30,597 nucleotides of DNA, taken from sequence record DRR378314_578; one strand, 5' to 3'. Both the position numbers and the translations under genes were made by a program. Numbering within the stretch: the first letter of the stretch is position 1; each line of letters starts with the position of its first letter. Below the pieces are notes generated by a model. The model was not told the origin of the DNA. It worked only from the letters and a program-made list of their open reading frames with translations, and searched no databases. This document shows, piece by piece, positions 1 through 8,957 of this stretch.

Positions 1-1
1 A

Positions 2-283
2 AACCCACCCATTTCTTGCAAGGAGTTTTTGGAACGGGACAATACGGTTGGCTACAGATTTATTGCCCATTGCCAAAATGGTGACAAAATGGAGTTAAAA
101 CGTAGGGTAATCGCCGACAATGATGCCACCATACTGATTGGTCCCGAAGGTGATTTTTCAAAAGAAGAGATTGATTTGGCCAAGGAAAAAGGCTATGTCC
201 CTATCTCATTGGGAAGAAATAGGCTCCGCACCGAAACGGCAGCTATCGTGGCATGTACCACAGTAGCCATTATCAACAACTAA
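2..283 (+). CDS. rsmE: 16S rRNA m3U1498 methyltransferase RsmE, C-terminal part (truncated by window start)
   Basis: Frame open from base 2 to TAA at 283. SPOUT motifs ILIGPEGDFS and SLGRNRLRTETA are characteristic of RsmE. Confidence 0.93.
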   Translation, partial: NPPISCKEFLERDNTVGYRFIAHCQNGDKMELKRRVIADNDATILIGPEGDFSKEEIDLAKEKGYVPISLGRNRLRTETAAIVACTTVAIINN

Positions 284-347
284 AACGGTCAACACATCAT
301 TTTTACAAATGATTATCCTATTTTTAATGTCGGTTAACTGCACCCAG

Positions 348-998
348 ATGAAAAACAACATCCTTTTTATAGTTGTGCCGCTCTTTTTTGCAATAACGGC
401 AACAAATGCGCAGCAAATTGCCATACTCAAATATGGTGGAGGTGGCGATTGGTATTCTAATCCAACGGCCTTGCCCAACCTGATTCAGTTTTGCAACAGC
501 AATATCGATACCAAGATCAACCCGGAGCCGGAAACTGTGGAAGCCGGGAGTGTTTCTATTTTCAAATATCCTTTCTTGCATATGACAGGGCACGGCAATG
601 TTTTTTTTAATGATGAAGAAGTTCTAAATCTGAGGACATATCTTTTATCGGGCGGCTTTTTGCATATTGATGACAATTACGGCATGGAACCCTATCTAAA
701 AAGAGAATTGGAAAAAATATTTCCCGACAAGCCACTCGAAGAGCTGGGCGCCGACCATCCCATATTTTCGCAAAAGTTCAGCTTTCCCGATGGACTGCCA
801 AAAATTCACGAACACGATGGAAAACGACCCCAGGCCTTTGGTATTTTTGACCAAGGTAGACTGGTGTTGCTCTACACCTACGAATGTGACCTTGGAGATG
901 GTTGGGAAGACCCTACGGTGCACAACGACCCCGAGGAGGTACGGTTACAAGCGCTGCAAATGGGTGCCAATATTGTGCAATATGCATTTAAAAGTTAA
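348..998 (+). CDS. DUF4159-family exported protein
   Basis: Signal peptide MKNNILFIVVPLFFAITATNA-Q suggests ATG 348 rather than 309. Motifs LKYGGGGDWYSNP, PFLHMTGHG, GGFLHIDDNYG, GLPKIHEHD, DLGDGWED and MGANIVQYA match DUF4159 proteins as I recall them. Confidence 0.8.
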   Translation: MKNNILFIVVPLFFAITATNAQQIAILKYGGGGDWYSNPTALPNLIQFCNSNIDTKINPEPETVEAGSVSIFKYPFLHMTGHGNVFFNDEEVLNLRTYLLSGGFLHIDDNYGMEPYLKRELEKIFPDKPLEELGADHPIFSQKFSFPDGLPKIHEHDGKRPQAFGIFDQGRLVLLYTYECDLGDGWEDPTVHNDPEEVRLQALQMGANIVQYAFKS

Positions 999-1001
999 TC
1001 G

Positions 1002-2102
1002 ATGAACGCAAAAACAATTGCCAACGGAATATTGAGGGCCATAGCCATACTGGCAGGGGTAGTACTTCTATGCTGGTTTTTTTACAAAATACAATCGGTA
1101 CTCGCCTATTTGGTCATTGCGGCCGTTTTAGCTTTGCTGGGAAGGCCCGTTGTGTTGTTTTTACGAAGAAGACTTAAATTTCCCAATACCTTGGCAGTTG
1201 TGGCCACTATGCTGTTTATGTTATCTATATTTTTAGGCATTCTGGCACTTTTGATCCCGCTGGTAGCAGAACAGAGCAAGAATCTATCTTTGTTGGACAT
1301 CGAAGCGCTTAAAGGTGATTTGAATACGCTCTACATCCAAACTTTGGAATACTTTGGAGCCTCCACCGGAAACGTCAATAATTTGTTGAGCGAATCCAAG
1401 ATCGAGGAAAATATGTTGAAAGGATTGGACTTGCGCTTTATACCCGACTTCCTAAATTCAATTGTCAACACTTTGAGTAATTTTAGTGTCGGCCTTTTCT
1501 CCGTAATCTTTATTTCGTTTTTCTTTTTGAAGGATAGTAAATTGATGCAAAATGGAATCTTGACCTTTGTTCCGAATAACAAAGAAAGCAACTTGGTAAA
1601 GTCCATTGATAAAATCAATAATCTGCTCGCCAGATACTTTGCCGGAATCTTGTTGCAACTTTTTATTCTCTTCGTAATTTACACGATTTCATTATTCGTT
1701 GTAGGGGTAGAAAATGCCATTGTAATTGCGTTCCTCTGCGCACTCTTCAACATCATTCCGTACATAGGCCCGATCATCGGTGGAGTAACTATGATCACCT
1801 TAACCATGACCAGTTTTATAGATTCTGATTTCAGCACCGTGATTCTACCCAAGGCCCTGTATGTTTTTATAGGTCTGACGGTGGGGCAATTGATCGATAA
1901 TTTCTTTTCCCAACCCTTGATTTTTTCGAAAAGTGTTAAATCCCATCCTTTGGAAATTTTCTTGGTCATCATTATTGCAGGGCTACTTTTTGGGGTGGTG
2001 GGCATGGTGATTGCCGTACCTGGATATACTGCTATCAAAGTTATTTTAAAGGAGTTTTTAGCTGAAAATTCCTTTGTGAAAAAATTGACCAAAAACTTAT
2101 AG
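1002..2102 (+). CDS. AI-2E family (PerM/TqsA-like) membrane transporter
   Basis: 366 aa with about 8 hydrophobic segments. Motifs FNIIPYIGPIIG, QLIDNFFSQPLIF, SHPLEIFLVII and GMVIAVP are typical of AI-2E. Confidence 0.9.
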   Translation: MNAKTIANGILRAIAILAGVVLLCWFFYKIQSVLAYLVIAAVLALLGRPVVLFLRRRLKFPNTLAVVATMLFMLSIFLGILALLIPLVAEQSKNLSLLDIEALKGDLNTLYIQTLEYFGASTGNVNNLLSESKIEENMLKGLDLRFIPDFLNSIVNTLSNFSVGLFSVIFISFFFLKDSKLMQNGILTFVPNNKESNLVKSIDKINNLLARYFAGILLQLFILFVIYTISLFVVGVENAIVIAFLCALFNIIPYIGPIIGGVTMITLTMTSFIDSDFSTVILPKALYVFIGLTVGQLIDNFFSQPLIFSKSVKSHPLEIFLVIIIAGLLFGVVGMVIAVPGYTAIKVILKEFLAENSFVKKLTKNL

Positions 2103-2109
2103 TTTTAGT

Positions 2110-3294
2110 TTGAATAAAGCTATATTAAATACTGGTCCACAAGGTTATATAAATAAAAATATTGATGGTGACATCATGTCAGTTTTGCTTGGAAAACCAA
2201 ATTTTGATGGTATTTCACAAAAAGAATTGGCGAAACAGATTGAAGCCAAAAGAAAGTGCAAGGACAAGCTATCTACATGGTTTCTCACAGATAAAATTTA
2301 CTACCCAGACAAGCTCAATATCGAACAAACCAGTTCGGAAACTACAGCAGCATACAAAGCTCAAATGGTGAGCGGAAAATCCTTGGTCGACCTTACAGGA
2401 GGCTTTGGGGTGGACAGCTACTTTTTTTCGAAAAAAATGGAGTCTGTTTTGCATTGTGAAATCAATCCGGAATTGAGTGCAATTGCATCCCATAATTTTA
2501 AAGTTTTAGGACAAGAAAACATTGAATGTTTCCCTGAAGACGGCATATCATTTTTAAAAAAATCAACCAGAAATTTTGATTGGGTTTACGTGGACCCATC
2601 ACGAAGAAGTGAAAAAAAGGGAAAGGTATTTTTACTCGAGGACTGCCTACCAAATTTACCTGAAAACCTCCCTCTACTTTTTGATAAAACACAGAACATC
2701 TTGGTGAAAACTTCCCCACTTTTGGATATTAAAATGGGGATTGAAACATTGGATTTCGTAAAAGAGGTTCATGTAGTAGCAGTTCAAAATGAGGTAAAGG
2801 AATTACTGTTTATTTTGGAAAAAGGCTATACGGGGAGCATCCAGATAAAAAGCATCGATTTACGACCAGAGCAAAATAATGGGTTCAACTTTTTATGGGA
2901 AGAAGAACCACATATCCAAGTACATTATGGGGAACCCGCTTCCTATTTATACGAACCCAATGCGGCCATCTTAAAATCCGGAGGATTCAAATCCGTAGCA
3001 AAAGCCTATAACTTAAAAAAGTTACATCCCCACTCACACTTATACTCATCCGATGAATTGATGGACTTTCCGGGAAGAAGATTTAAAATTCAACTGGTAC
3101 TCCCCTATTCCAAAAAGTCGTTGAAATCAATGGGAGTATCAAAGGCAAATATTACCACCCGTAACTTTCCCTTATCGGTTGCTGAGATCAGAAAAAAACA
3201 CAAAATAAAAGATGGTGGCAGTCGCTATCTATTCTTTACTAGATCCATCAACGATGCATTATTGGTTTTGGATTGTAAAAAAGTGGTTGACTAA
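2110..3294 (+). CDS. Class I SAM-dependent methyltransferase with C-terminal THUMP-like domain
   Basis: TTG start. EQTSSE, motif I DLTGGFGVD, motif IV YVDPSRR, VKTSPLLD. The C-terminal LYEPNAAILKSG...ANITTRNFP region is typical of the Bacteroidota THUMP-like MTase family. Confidence 0.85.
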   Translation: MNKAILNTGPQGYINKNIDGDIMSVLLGKPNFDGISQKELAKQIEAKRKCKDKLSTWFLTDKIYYPDKLNIEQTSSETTAAYKAQMVSGKSLVDLTGGFGVDSYFFSKKMESVLHCEINPELSAIASHNFKVLGQENIECFPEDGISFLKKSTRNFDWVYVDPSRRSEKKGKVFLLEDCLPNLPENLPLLFDKTQNILVKTSPLLDIKMGIETLDFVKEVHVVAVQNEVKELLFILEKGYTGSIQIKSIDLRPEQNNGFNFLWEEEPHIQVHYGEPASYLYEPNAAILKSGGFKSVAKAYNLKKLHPHSHLYSSDELMDFPGRRFKIQLVLPYSKKSLKSMGVSKANITTRNFPLSVAEIRKKHKIKDGGSRYLFFTRSINDALLVLDCKKVVD

Positions 3295-4217
3295 TCCAAG
3301 TCTTCAAGCCAGTCAAAAAGTAGGTTGGTCCAGTTTTTAAGTTTCTCATCATGCAAGGCCAAAGCAAAACCATGTCCTCCTGTAGGATAAACGTGCATAG
3401 TGGCAGGCACCTTGTGTTTTCGCAAAGCATAAAAAAACAGCGTGGTATTCTCAACCGGTACCGCATCATCGTCCATGGCATGCAGCAAAAATGTAGGTGG
3501 TGTTTCCTTATTGACATGTTTTTGGTTGGAGAGATAATCCACTTCCGCTTCGGTTGGATTCTCTCCTATCAACGAAGCTCTTGATCCTGAATGCGTGCTT
3601 GGTGCTCCAAGTGTAATCACAGGATAGATCAGGGCCATAAAATCCGGCCTTGCCGATAAATCATCTGCATCATCCTGCGGTTCATAAACCTTATCCTTGT
3701 AATGCGTTCCCAATGTTGAGGCCAAATGACCTCCAGCAGAAAACCCCATGATCCCAATTTTACCCAATGCAATGTTCCACTCTTTGGCATTGGACCTCAC
3801 CAATCTGATGGCACGTTGTGCATCTTGCAAAGGAACGACATTCTTATCTTTGGTGATGGATTTGGACCAAGGCAAACGGTATTTTACCACAATACCGGCT
3901 ATTCCCTTTGCATTTAACGCCTTGGCGATATCAGTGCCCTCCCAATCATAGGCCAAACCGTGATATCCACCTCCAGGAAAAATAACCACTGCCTGCCCTG
4001 TCGCAGTCCTTTTTGTGGGCAGATACACTTCCAACGTCGGTTTTTGGACATTGGTAATCCAAACAATCCCATCTTCGGTAAGTTCCACCACTTCTTTTTC
4101 GGCGGTATCTTTTTGATTTGGAACACTTTTCGGCCATAACGGCAAAATGTTATTTTGTGCAGACATTCCAATTGAAATTAAGGCAATGAGCAAGGATAGT
4201 TTTCTAGATGCTTTCAT
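3291..4217 (-). CDS. Exported alpha/beta hydrolase (BD-FAE / carbohydrate-esterase-like)
   Basis: Start placed at ATG 4217 (MKASRKLSLLIALISIGMSA-Q signal peptide); the longer ORF would overlap the next gene. Oxyanion PGGGY, nucleophile GFSAGG, acid HAMDD, His GGHGF. Confidence 0.85.
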   Translation of the reverse strand: MKASRKLSLLIALISIGMSAQNNILPLWPKSVPNQKDTAEKEVVELTEDGIVWITNVQKPTLEVYLPTKRTATGQAVVIFPGGGYHGLAYDWEGTDIAKALNAKGIAGIVVKYRLPWSKSITKDKNVVPLQDAQRAIRLVRSNAKEWNIALGKIGIMGFSAGGHLASTLGTHYKDKVYEPQDDADDLSARPDFMALIYPVITLGAPSTHSGSRASLIGENPTEAEVDYLSNQKHVNKETPPTFLLHAMDDDAVPVENTTLFFYALRKHKVPATMHVYPTGGHGFALALHDEKLKNWTNLLFDWLEDLD

Positions 4218-4233
4218 TCTGATTACGTTTTGA

Positions 4234-4959
4234 TCAATCGTTACATTCCCACTTAAAATTGGCCACCCGATCATTGGATGCCGAGGAAAGGTTATAGTGC
4301 CACCATTCTGTTCTGATAGACCAGAATCCATGTGCTTCCATGGTCTCTTTCAACAATTTCCTTTTATCCAATATCTCTTTCGGCAAATCCATGTTATCGT
4401 GATAAGCTCTTTTTCCGAAGTAATCAAAATCAGTTCCCATATCAAGTTCATTCCCACCTAAATCCACCAATGTAATATCTACAGCACCACCTTTGTTATG
4501 GATGGAACCCTTATCGGGATTCGCTACATATTGCGGGTTCGGTACAATCTCCCACATTTTGTATTGGACAGAGTTGGGGCGATAACAATCAAAAAACTTG
4601 ATTCTTACTCCCTGCTCCATAAAATCCTTATTGGCCTCGATTAAAGCCTTTGCCGTTTTTACCCTGGTATAGCACTCAGCACAATCATATACTTTGGCCT
4701 TCAAAAAATTGTTCTCGGTCGCGTAGCGCATGTCATAGGCGAAATCTTCACTAAAATCAGCCAATCGAACAAAAGTGGTATCCGCCAAGCCTTCAAATGT
4801 TTTCAAAGCAGGTTTCACTTCTTGTCCTATTGTGTCTTTAGGAACTGAATCCAGAATTATTTTGGTTTCAGCTTGAACTGCATGACTTTTATCCGTTTTA
4901 GGTTTTTGTCGACAACTTGTAATCAAAAGAAGCCCTAAAAGAAAGATTGAATATTTCAT
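4234..4959 (-). CDS. ddpX: D-alanyl-D-alanine dipeptidase (M15D, VanX/DdpX family), predicted lipoprotein
   Basis: DCYRP, zinc motif SIHNKGGAVD (SxHxxGxAxD), LDMGTDFD, EWWHY. Lipobox LITSC. Confidence 0.88.
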   Translation of the reverse strand: MKYSIFLLGLLLITSCRQKPKTDKSHAVQAETKIILDSVPKDTIGQEVKPALKTFEGLADTTFVRLADFSEDFAYDMRYATENNFLKAKVYDCAECYTRVKTAKALIEANKDFMEQGVRIKFFDCYRPNSVQYKMWEIVPNPQYVANPDKGSIHNKGGAVDITLVDLGGNELDMGTDFDYFGKRAYHDNMDLPKEILDKRKLLKETMEAHGFWSIRTEWWHYNLSSASNDRVANFKWECND

Positions 4960-4964
4960 TTGTC

Positions 4965-5684
4965 TTAATTCATTCGTTTTTTATTGGCAAACCACGTGTA
5001 TAAAGAGTCTGTCGTGTAGGCCCTTCCCCATGCATTATGACCAACACCCTGGTATCTGGTGTAACGGACATCGCGTCCCATTTCACGTAGCTTTTCGACC
5101 ATTTTATCGGATTCCTCCACATCAATCACATCATCTCGGTCGCCATGGAAAACCCAGATGGGCATATCCTTGTCTATCCAATGTGCATAAGGCAAGGGTG
5201 TCATTCCACAGACCACGGCCATGGCTGCAAACTTATCCGGATATTGCGTAGCCAACTCCCAAGAGGCACTACCTCCCCTACTCAAACCTGTCAAGTAAAT
5301 TCTATTTTTGTCCACTCTATTGGCATCGACTACGGAATCCAACAATTTAACAACAGCATCCGTGTTCCACCATTTTTTGGCATGGGAATTTTGAGGAGCC
5401 AATATTAAAAAGGGGAATTGTTTGCCTTCGACCAGCATTTTGGGCGGTCCTGTATCCTTGATTTCCTCGACATCCCTTCCGGACTCCCCACCTCCATGCA
5501 GAAAGAGCAATAGTCCAAAATCATCTTCGGAATCAAAATAATCCTCTGGATAATAGAGGTAATATTTAATATTTTCCCGGGTGACCGTTTCCAACTCATC
5601 CTGCACCAAATGGGATTGTGCGGCACAACCCTGAAGCATCAAAATGGCGGCTGAAAGTATTAGCCTAAAAGGTTTCTTTTGCAT
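4965..5684 (-). CDS. Alpha/beta hydrolase (predicted peptidase / phospholipase-carboxylesterase type), predicted lipoprotein
   Basis: LFLHGGGE, nucleophile GLSRGG, FHGDRD, GHNAW; lipobox LQGC. Start is ATG 5684 or GTG 5693. Confidence 0.8.
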   Translation of the reverse strand: MQKKPFRLILSAAILMLQGCAAQSHLVQDELETVTRENIKYYLYYPEDYFDSEDDFGLLLFLHGGGESGRDVEEIKDTGPPKMLVEGKQFPFLILAPQNSHAKKWWNTDAVVKLLDSVVDANRVDKNRIYLTGLSRGGSASWELATQYPDKFAAMAVVCGMTPLPYAHWIDKDMPIWVFHGDRDDVIDVEESDKMVEKLREMGRDVRYTRYQGVGHNAWGRAYTTDSLYTWFANKKRMN

Positions 5685-5696
5685 GGTGCCCACAAG

Positions 5697-6218
5697 TTAC
5701 AAAAGTTTATCGGCGATATCCTTCCACGAATTGGCACGCTCAAATGCTGTAATCTCGGTATTGTGCGGAGATGTAAACATAATGGATCTGCCCTCAAAAG
5801 ATCCAAGGTTCTTGCTACGGTCGTCGATAAGGACATCTCCTTTTAAAACGTGCTTGTTCCCACACAAGATTCGATTTTGCCATGGGATAAACGGGAAGAA
5901 TTCATCCAACCAATCCGATTTTTCCCTTAGCGATTGTGGAAACTCCATAGCGGCAGAGGCAATATAAACATCGTGTTTTTTGTTCAATTCCTTCAGTACT
6001 TCCTGGCTCCCTTCAATTACTTTCAAACCGGCAAAAAAACCGTCGCGATGGGTATGTTCTTTTATGGATTGTTGATGTGCTTCAGGAACAACTTGCCAAA
6101 ACTCTTTACCATAACATGCTTCAACTTTTATTTGCGCGTTGAATTCTTGATTATAAATATCCAAATGAGCGTGGTAAGCATCTGCAATAACCTCGTCCAT
6201 ATCTACAAAAATTGTCAT
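5697..6218 (-). CDS. 5'(3')-deoxyribonucleotidase (NT5C family, HAD superfamily)
   Basis: HAD motif I IFVDMDEVIAD directly after ATG 6218. YIASAA, EKSDWLDEFFP, DVLIDDR and FTSPHN also match. Confidence 0.9.
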   Translation of the reverse strand: MTIFVDMDEVIADAYHAHLDIYNQEFNAQIKVEACYGKEFWQVVPEAHQQSIKEHTHRDGFFAGLKVIEGSQEVLKELNKKHDVYIASAAMEFPQSLREKSDWLDEFFPFIPWQNRILCGNKHVLKGDVLIDDRSKNLGSFEGRSIMFTSPHNTEITAFERANSWKDIADKLL

Positions 6219-6465
6219 GTATTGTCTTTTTTTGTGAAGTACGGTAAAACTCTGCAATAATTAAAGTCATCCCGCTAAATCTATTATTAACGTCAATGGA
6301 TTTCTTAAAAAGATTCGTTGCTTTCTTAAAATTTTACAAGAATTTGTCCATCATTTAACCAAACCATATCGCTAAATTTTAAATTAAAAAAATAACAGTT
6401 ACCTTCACACAACAAGATTATTGAAAGCGCAAACATTGCGTTTTTCTGCTAAAAACCAACCTTAC

Positions 6466-7344
6466 ATGTTGCCCAAAGGAAACTTTCCTGAAAAAGTCTA
6501 TTTAAATGGTAAAATAGTATCTGCTGAAGACGCCAAAATATCGGTTTTTGACCGCGGATTTCTGTTCGGGGATGGTATTTACGAAGTAATGGTGCAGTTG
6601 GAAAATGGTCTTTTCTATAAAAAAGCACACCTAGATAGACTACAAGACAATCTGAATAAAATTGGAATCCAATACAACGTCAAGGAAATCGATGATAATT
6701 TGGAAGTACTGCTTAAAGCTTCCAATTTGACGGACCAGTCTTGTTTGATTTACATACAAGTAACCCGCGGGGTGGCTCCAAGAAAGCACTCGTACCCCAA
6801 AGGTGTTCCTCCAAGCGTGATGATGTATGCCCTACCCTACAGTCTCCCGCACATAAATCCTAAAAACATGAAGGCCATTTTGGAACCTGATTTTAGATGG
6901 CATCGGTGCGATATTAAATCCATTTCATTGTTGGGCAATATCATGACCAACGAATCGGCGATGAACGCAAATACCAATGAAGCTGCTTTGGTGAGAGATG
7001 GTATCATATCGGAAGGTTCGCACACCAATATCTTTTTTGTGAAAGATGGCACTGTTCTCACACATCCGGCCAATGAACATATTTTGAACGGCATTACAAG
7101 AAAGATTGTGCTAAAACTTTGTAGTGACCTTGATATACCTATAAACGAGAAACCCATTGCTGAAAACGAAATTGAACATATGGACGAGGCCTTTTTTACA
7201 GGCACAACCACTCAAGTGGCTTCTATAGCCCAACTGGGTTCCCGTACCTTTTATAAGAATGATGAAATTGGCAAAGTCACTCGAAAACTGCAAGAAGCGT
7301 TTGCACAACTCAGAGAAATAAACACGGCCGATATTACTTTATAA
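6466..7344 (+). CDS. dat: D-amino-acid aminotransferase (PLP fold type IV)
   Basis: DRGFLFGDGIYEV, QVTRGVAPRKHSYP (RxH carboxylate trap of D-amino-acid transaminases), catalytic Lys in RCDIKSISLL, EGSHTNIF, ILNGITR. Start is ATG 6466 or TTG 6421. Confidence 0.88.
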   Translation: MLPKGNFPEKVYLNGKIVSAEDAKISVFDRGFLFGDGIYEVMVQLENGLFYKKAHLDRLQDNLNKIGIQYNVKEIDDNLEVLLKASNLTDQSCLIYIQVTRGVAPRKHSYPKGVPPSVMMYALPYSLPHINPKNMKAILEPDFRWHRCDIKSISLLGNIMTNESAMNANTNEAALVRDGIISEGSHTNIFFVKDGTVLTHPANEHILNGITRKIVLKLCSDLDIPINEKPIAENEIEHMDEAFFTGTTTQVASIAQLGSRTFYKNDEIGKVTRKLQEAFAQLREINTADITL

Positions 7345-7358
7345 ATAACCACTTAATT

Positions 7359-8948
7359 ATGACCAAAACGAATTCCAACACGCTTTTTAAAACACTATTG
7401 GGAGTATGCCTGCTATGGGTTTTCTCTTGTGGCAACCAAGATACCTATGACGTCTTGATTTTAAACGGCAACGTCTACAATGGCAAAGGTGGAGACCCAA
7501 TAGTTACGGACATTGCCATCAAAGACTCCATGATTGTTGCTTTGGGAGAATTCGACAACGCCAAAGCAAATAAAATAATTGATGCCTCTGGATTGGCTGT
7601 TTCACCTGGTTTTATTGATATGCACACCCATATTGAGCCTATCATGGAGCTAAACTCTTGCGAGAGCCATGTTCGGCAAGGGGTTACCACATCATTGGGC
7701 GGGCCCGATGGCAGTTCACCCTATCCCCTCAAACCTTATATGGACAGTCTCCAAAATAAAGGTATTGGAATGAATGTAGCTTATCTAGTTGGGCATAATA
7801 CTATTAGAAGAAATATCATGGGGCTTGAAAATAGAGCACCAACAGCAGAAGAGCTCAAAGCCATGGAAGCTGAAGTGGACAGTGCAATGAAAGATGGTGC
7901 CTTTGGCATCTCAACAGGTTTAAAATATCTACCCGGAGCCTTTTCCAAAGTGGATGAAGTCATTAGTCTTTCCAAAGTAGCTTCAAACTATGGCGGGATT
8001 TATACATCACATCTAAGAGAAGAAGGTCTGGGGCTATTTGATGCCGTTGCCGAAGCCATTCAAATTTCCGAAGAAGCCGATATACCTGTCGTGTTGACTC
8101 ACCATAAAGCCATTGGAAAACCTATGTGGGGAAAAAGTGCGCGAACCCTGGCCATGGTGGATTCTGCTAGGGCCAAAGGACTTGACATTAAAATGGACCA
8201 ATATCCCTATGCAGCGAGTTATACAGGGATTTCGGTTTTAATCCCTAGTTGGGCAAGAGCTGGCGGACAAGAAGCCTTTGAGGAACGCGTTGCAGACCCC
8301 GTATTGAGAGACAGTATAAAAAATGGCATTGTTTTCAATATCCTTAATGATCGGGGAGGTTCTGATTTGGACAGGGTGCAATTTGCGAAAGTGGAATGGC
8401 AGCCGGAACTGGAAGGAAAAACATTGAAATACTGGTGCGAACAAAACGACTTGGAACCATCGGTGGAAAATGGTGCCGATATGGTCATTAAAGCGCAATT
8501 GAACGGTGGCGCCTCTTGTGTTTTCCACGCCATGGCCGAAGAAGATGTAGAACGCATCATGAAACATCCCTTTACCATGATAGGTTCAGACGGTAGATTG
8601 GTAGAACCCGGTATGGGTCACCCGCACCCTCGGTGGTATGGAACCTTCCCAAGGGTGCTTGGCCGTTATGTTCGGGAGAAAAACACCTTGGAACTAAGCG
8701 AGGCTATTCAAAAAATGACCTATTTACCAGCGCAAAGTCTTAACTTATCCGACCGCGGTTTAATTAAAGAAGGATTAAGGGCAGATATTACCATCTTTAA
8801 TCCAGAAACTGTTATTGACAAAGCCACTTTTGAAAAACCACATCAATATTCCGAAGGTATCGAATTTGTAATCGTGAACGGAGGCATGGCAGTTGACAAC
8901 GGTGAATTCAAGGATGTAAAATCAGGAATAGTATTAAGAAAACAATAG
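7359..8948 (+). CDS. N-acyl-D-amino-acid deacylase (D-aminoacylase, amidohydrolase superfamily), predicted lipoprotein
   Basis: PGFIDMHTH, QGVTT, GAFGISTGLKY, YTSHLREE, LTHHK, DQYPY, IGSDG, HPRWYGTFPRVLGRYVRE. Lipobox VFSC. Confidence 0.88.
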   Translation: MTKTNSNTLFKTLLGVCLLWVFSCGNQDTYDVLILNGNVYNGKGGDPIVTDIAIKDSMIVALGEFDNAKANKIIDASGLAVSPGFIDMHTHIEPIMELNSCESHVRQGVTTSLGGPDGSSPYPLKPYMDSLQNKGIGMNVAYLVGHNTIRRNIMGLENRAPTAEELKAMEAEVDSAMKDGAFGISTGLKYLPGAFSKVDEVISLSKVASNYGGIYTSHLREEGLGLFDAVAEAIQISEEADIPVVLTHHKAIGKPMWGKSARTLAMVDSARAKGLDIKMDQYPYAASYTGISVLIPSWARAGGQEAFEERVADPVLRDSIKNGIVFNILNDRGGSDLDRVQFAKVEWQPELEGKTLKYWCEQNDLEPSVENGADMVIKAQLNGGASCVFHAMAEEDVERIMKHPFTMIGSDGRLVEPGMGHPHPRWYGTFPRVLGRYVREKNTLELSEAIQKMTYLPAQSLNLSDRGLIKEGLRADITIFNPETVIDKATFEKPHQYSEGIEFVIVNGGMAVDNGEFKDVKSGIVLRKQ

Positions 8949-8957
8949 AACAATACC

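Noticed and set aside
3291-3294. Convergent genes overlapping at their stop codons with no terminator
   Set aside because: A 4-bp convergent overlap is common in compact bacterial genomes, and nothing suggests a special function.
4218-4331. N-terminal 38-aa extension of the 3291..4331 ORF
   Set aside because: It overlaps the 3' end of ddpX in another frame, and a clean signal peptide begins at ATG 4217.
4234-4959. Vancomycin-resistance (vanX) locus
   Set aside because: No vanA/vanH/vanRS neighbours, and the host appears Gram-negative. A housekeeping DdpX-type role is more parsimonious.
5697-6218. Linking the NT5C nucleotidase with NrtR and DUF1593 into one nucleotide-salvage system
   Set aside because: It is about 16 kb away in a different transcription unit, and I saw no copy of the operator upstream of it.
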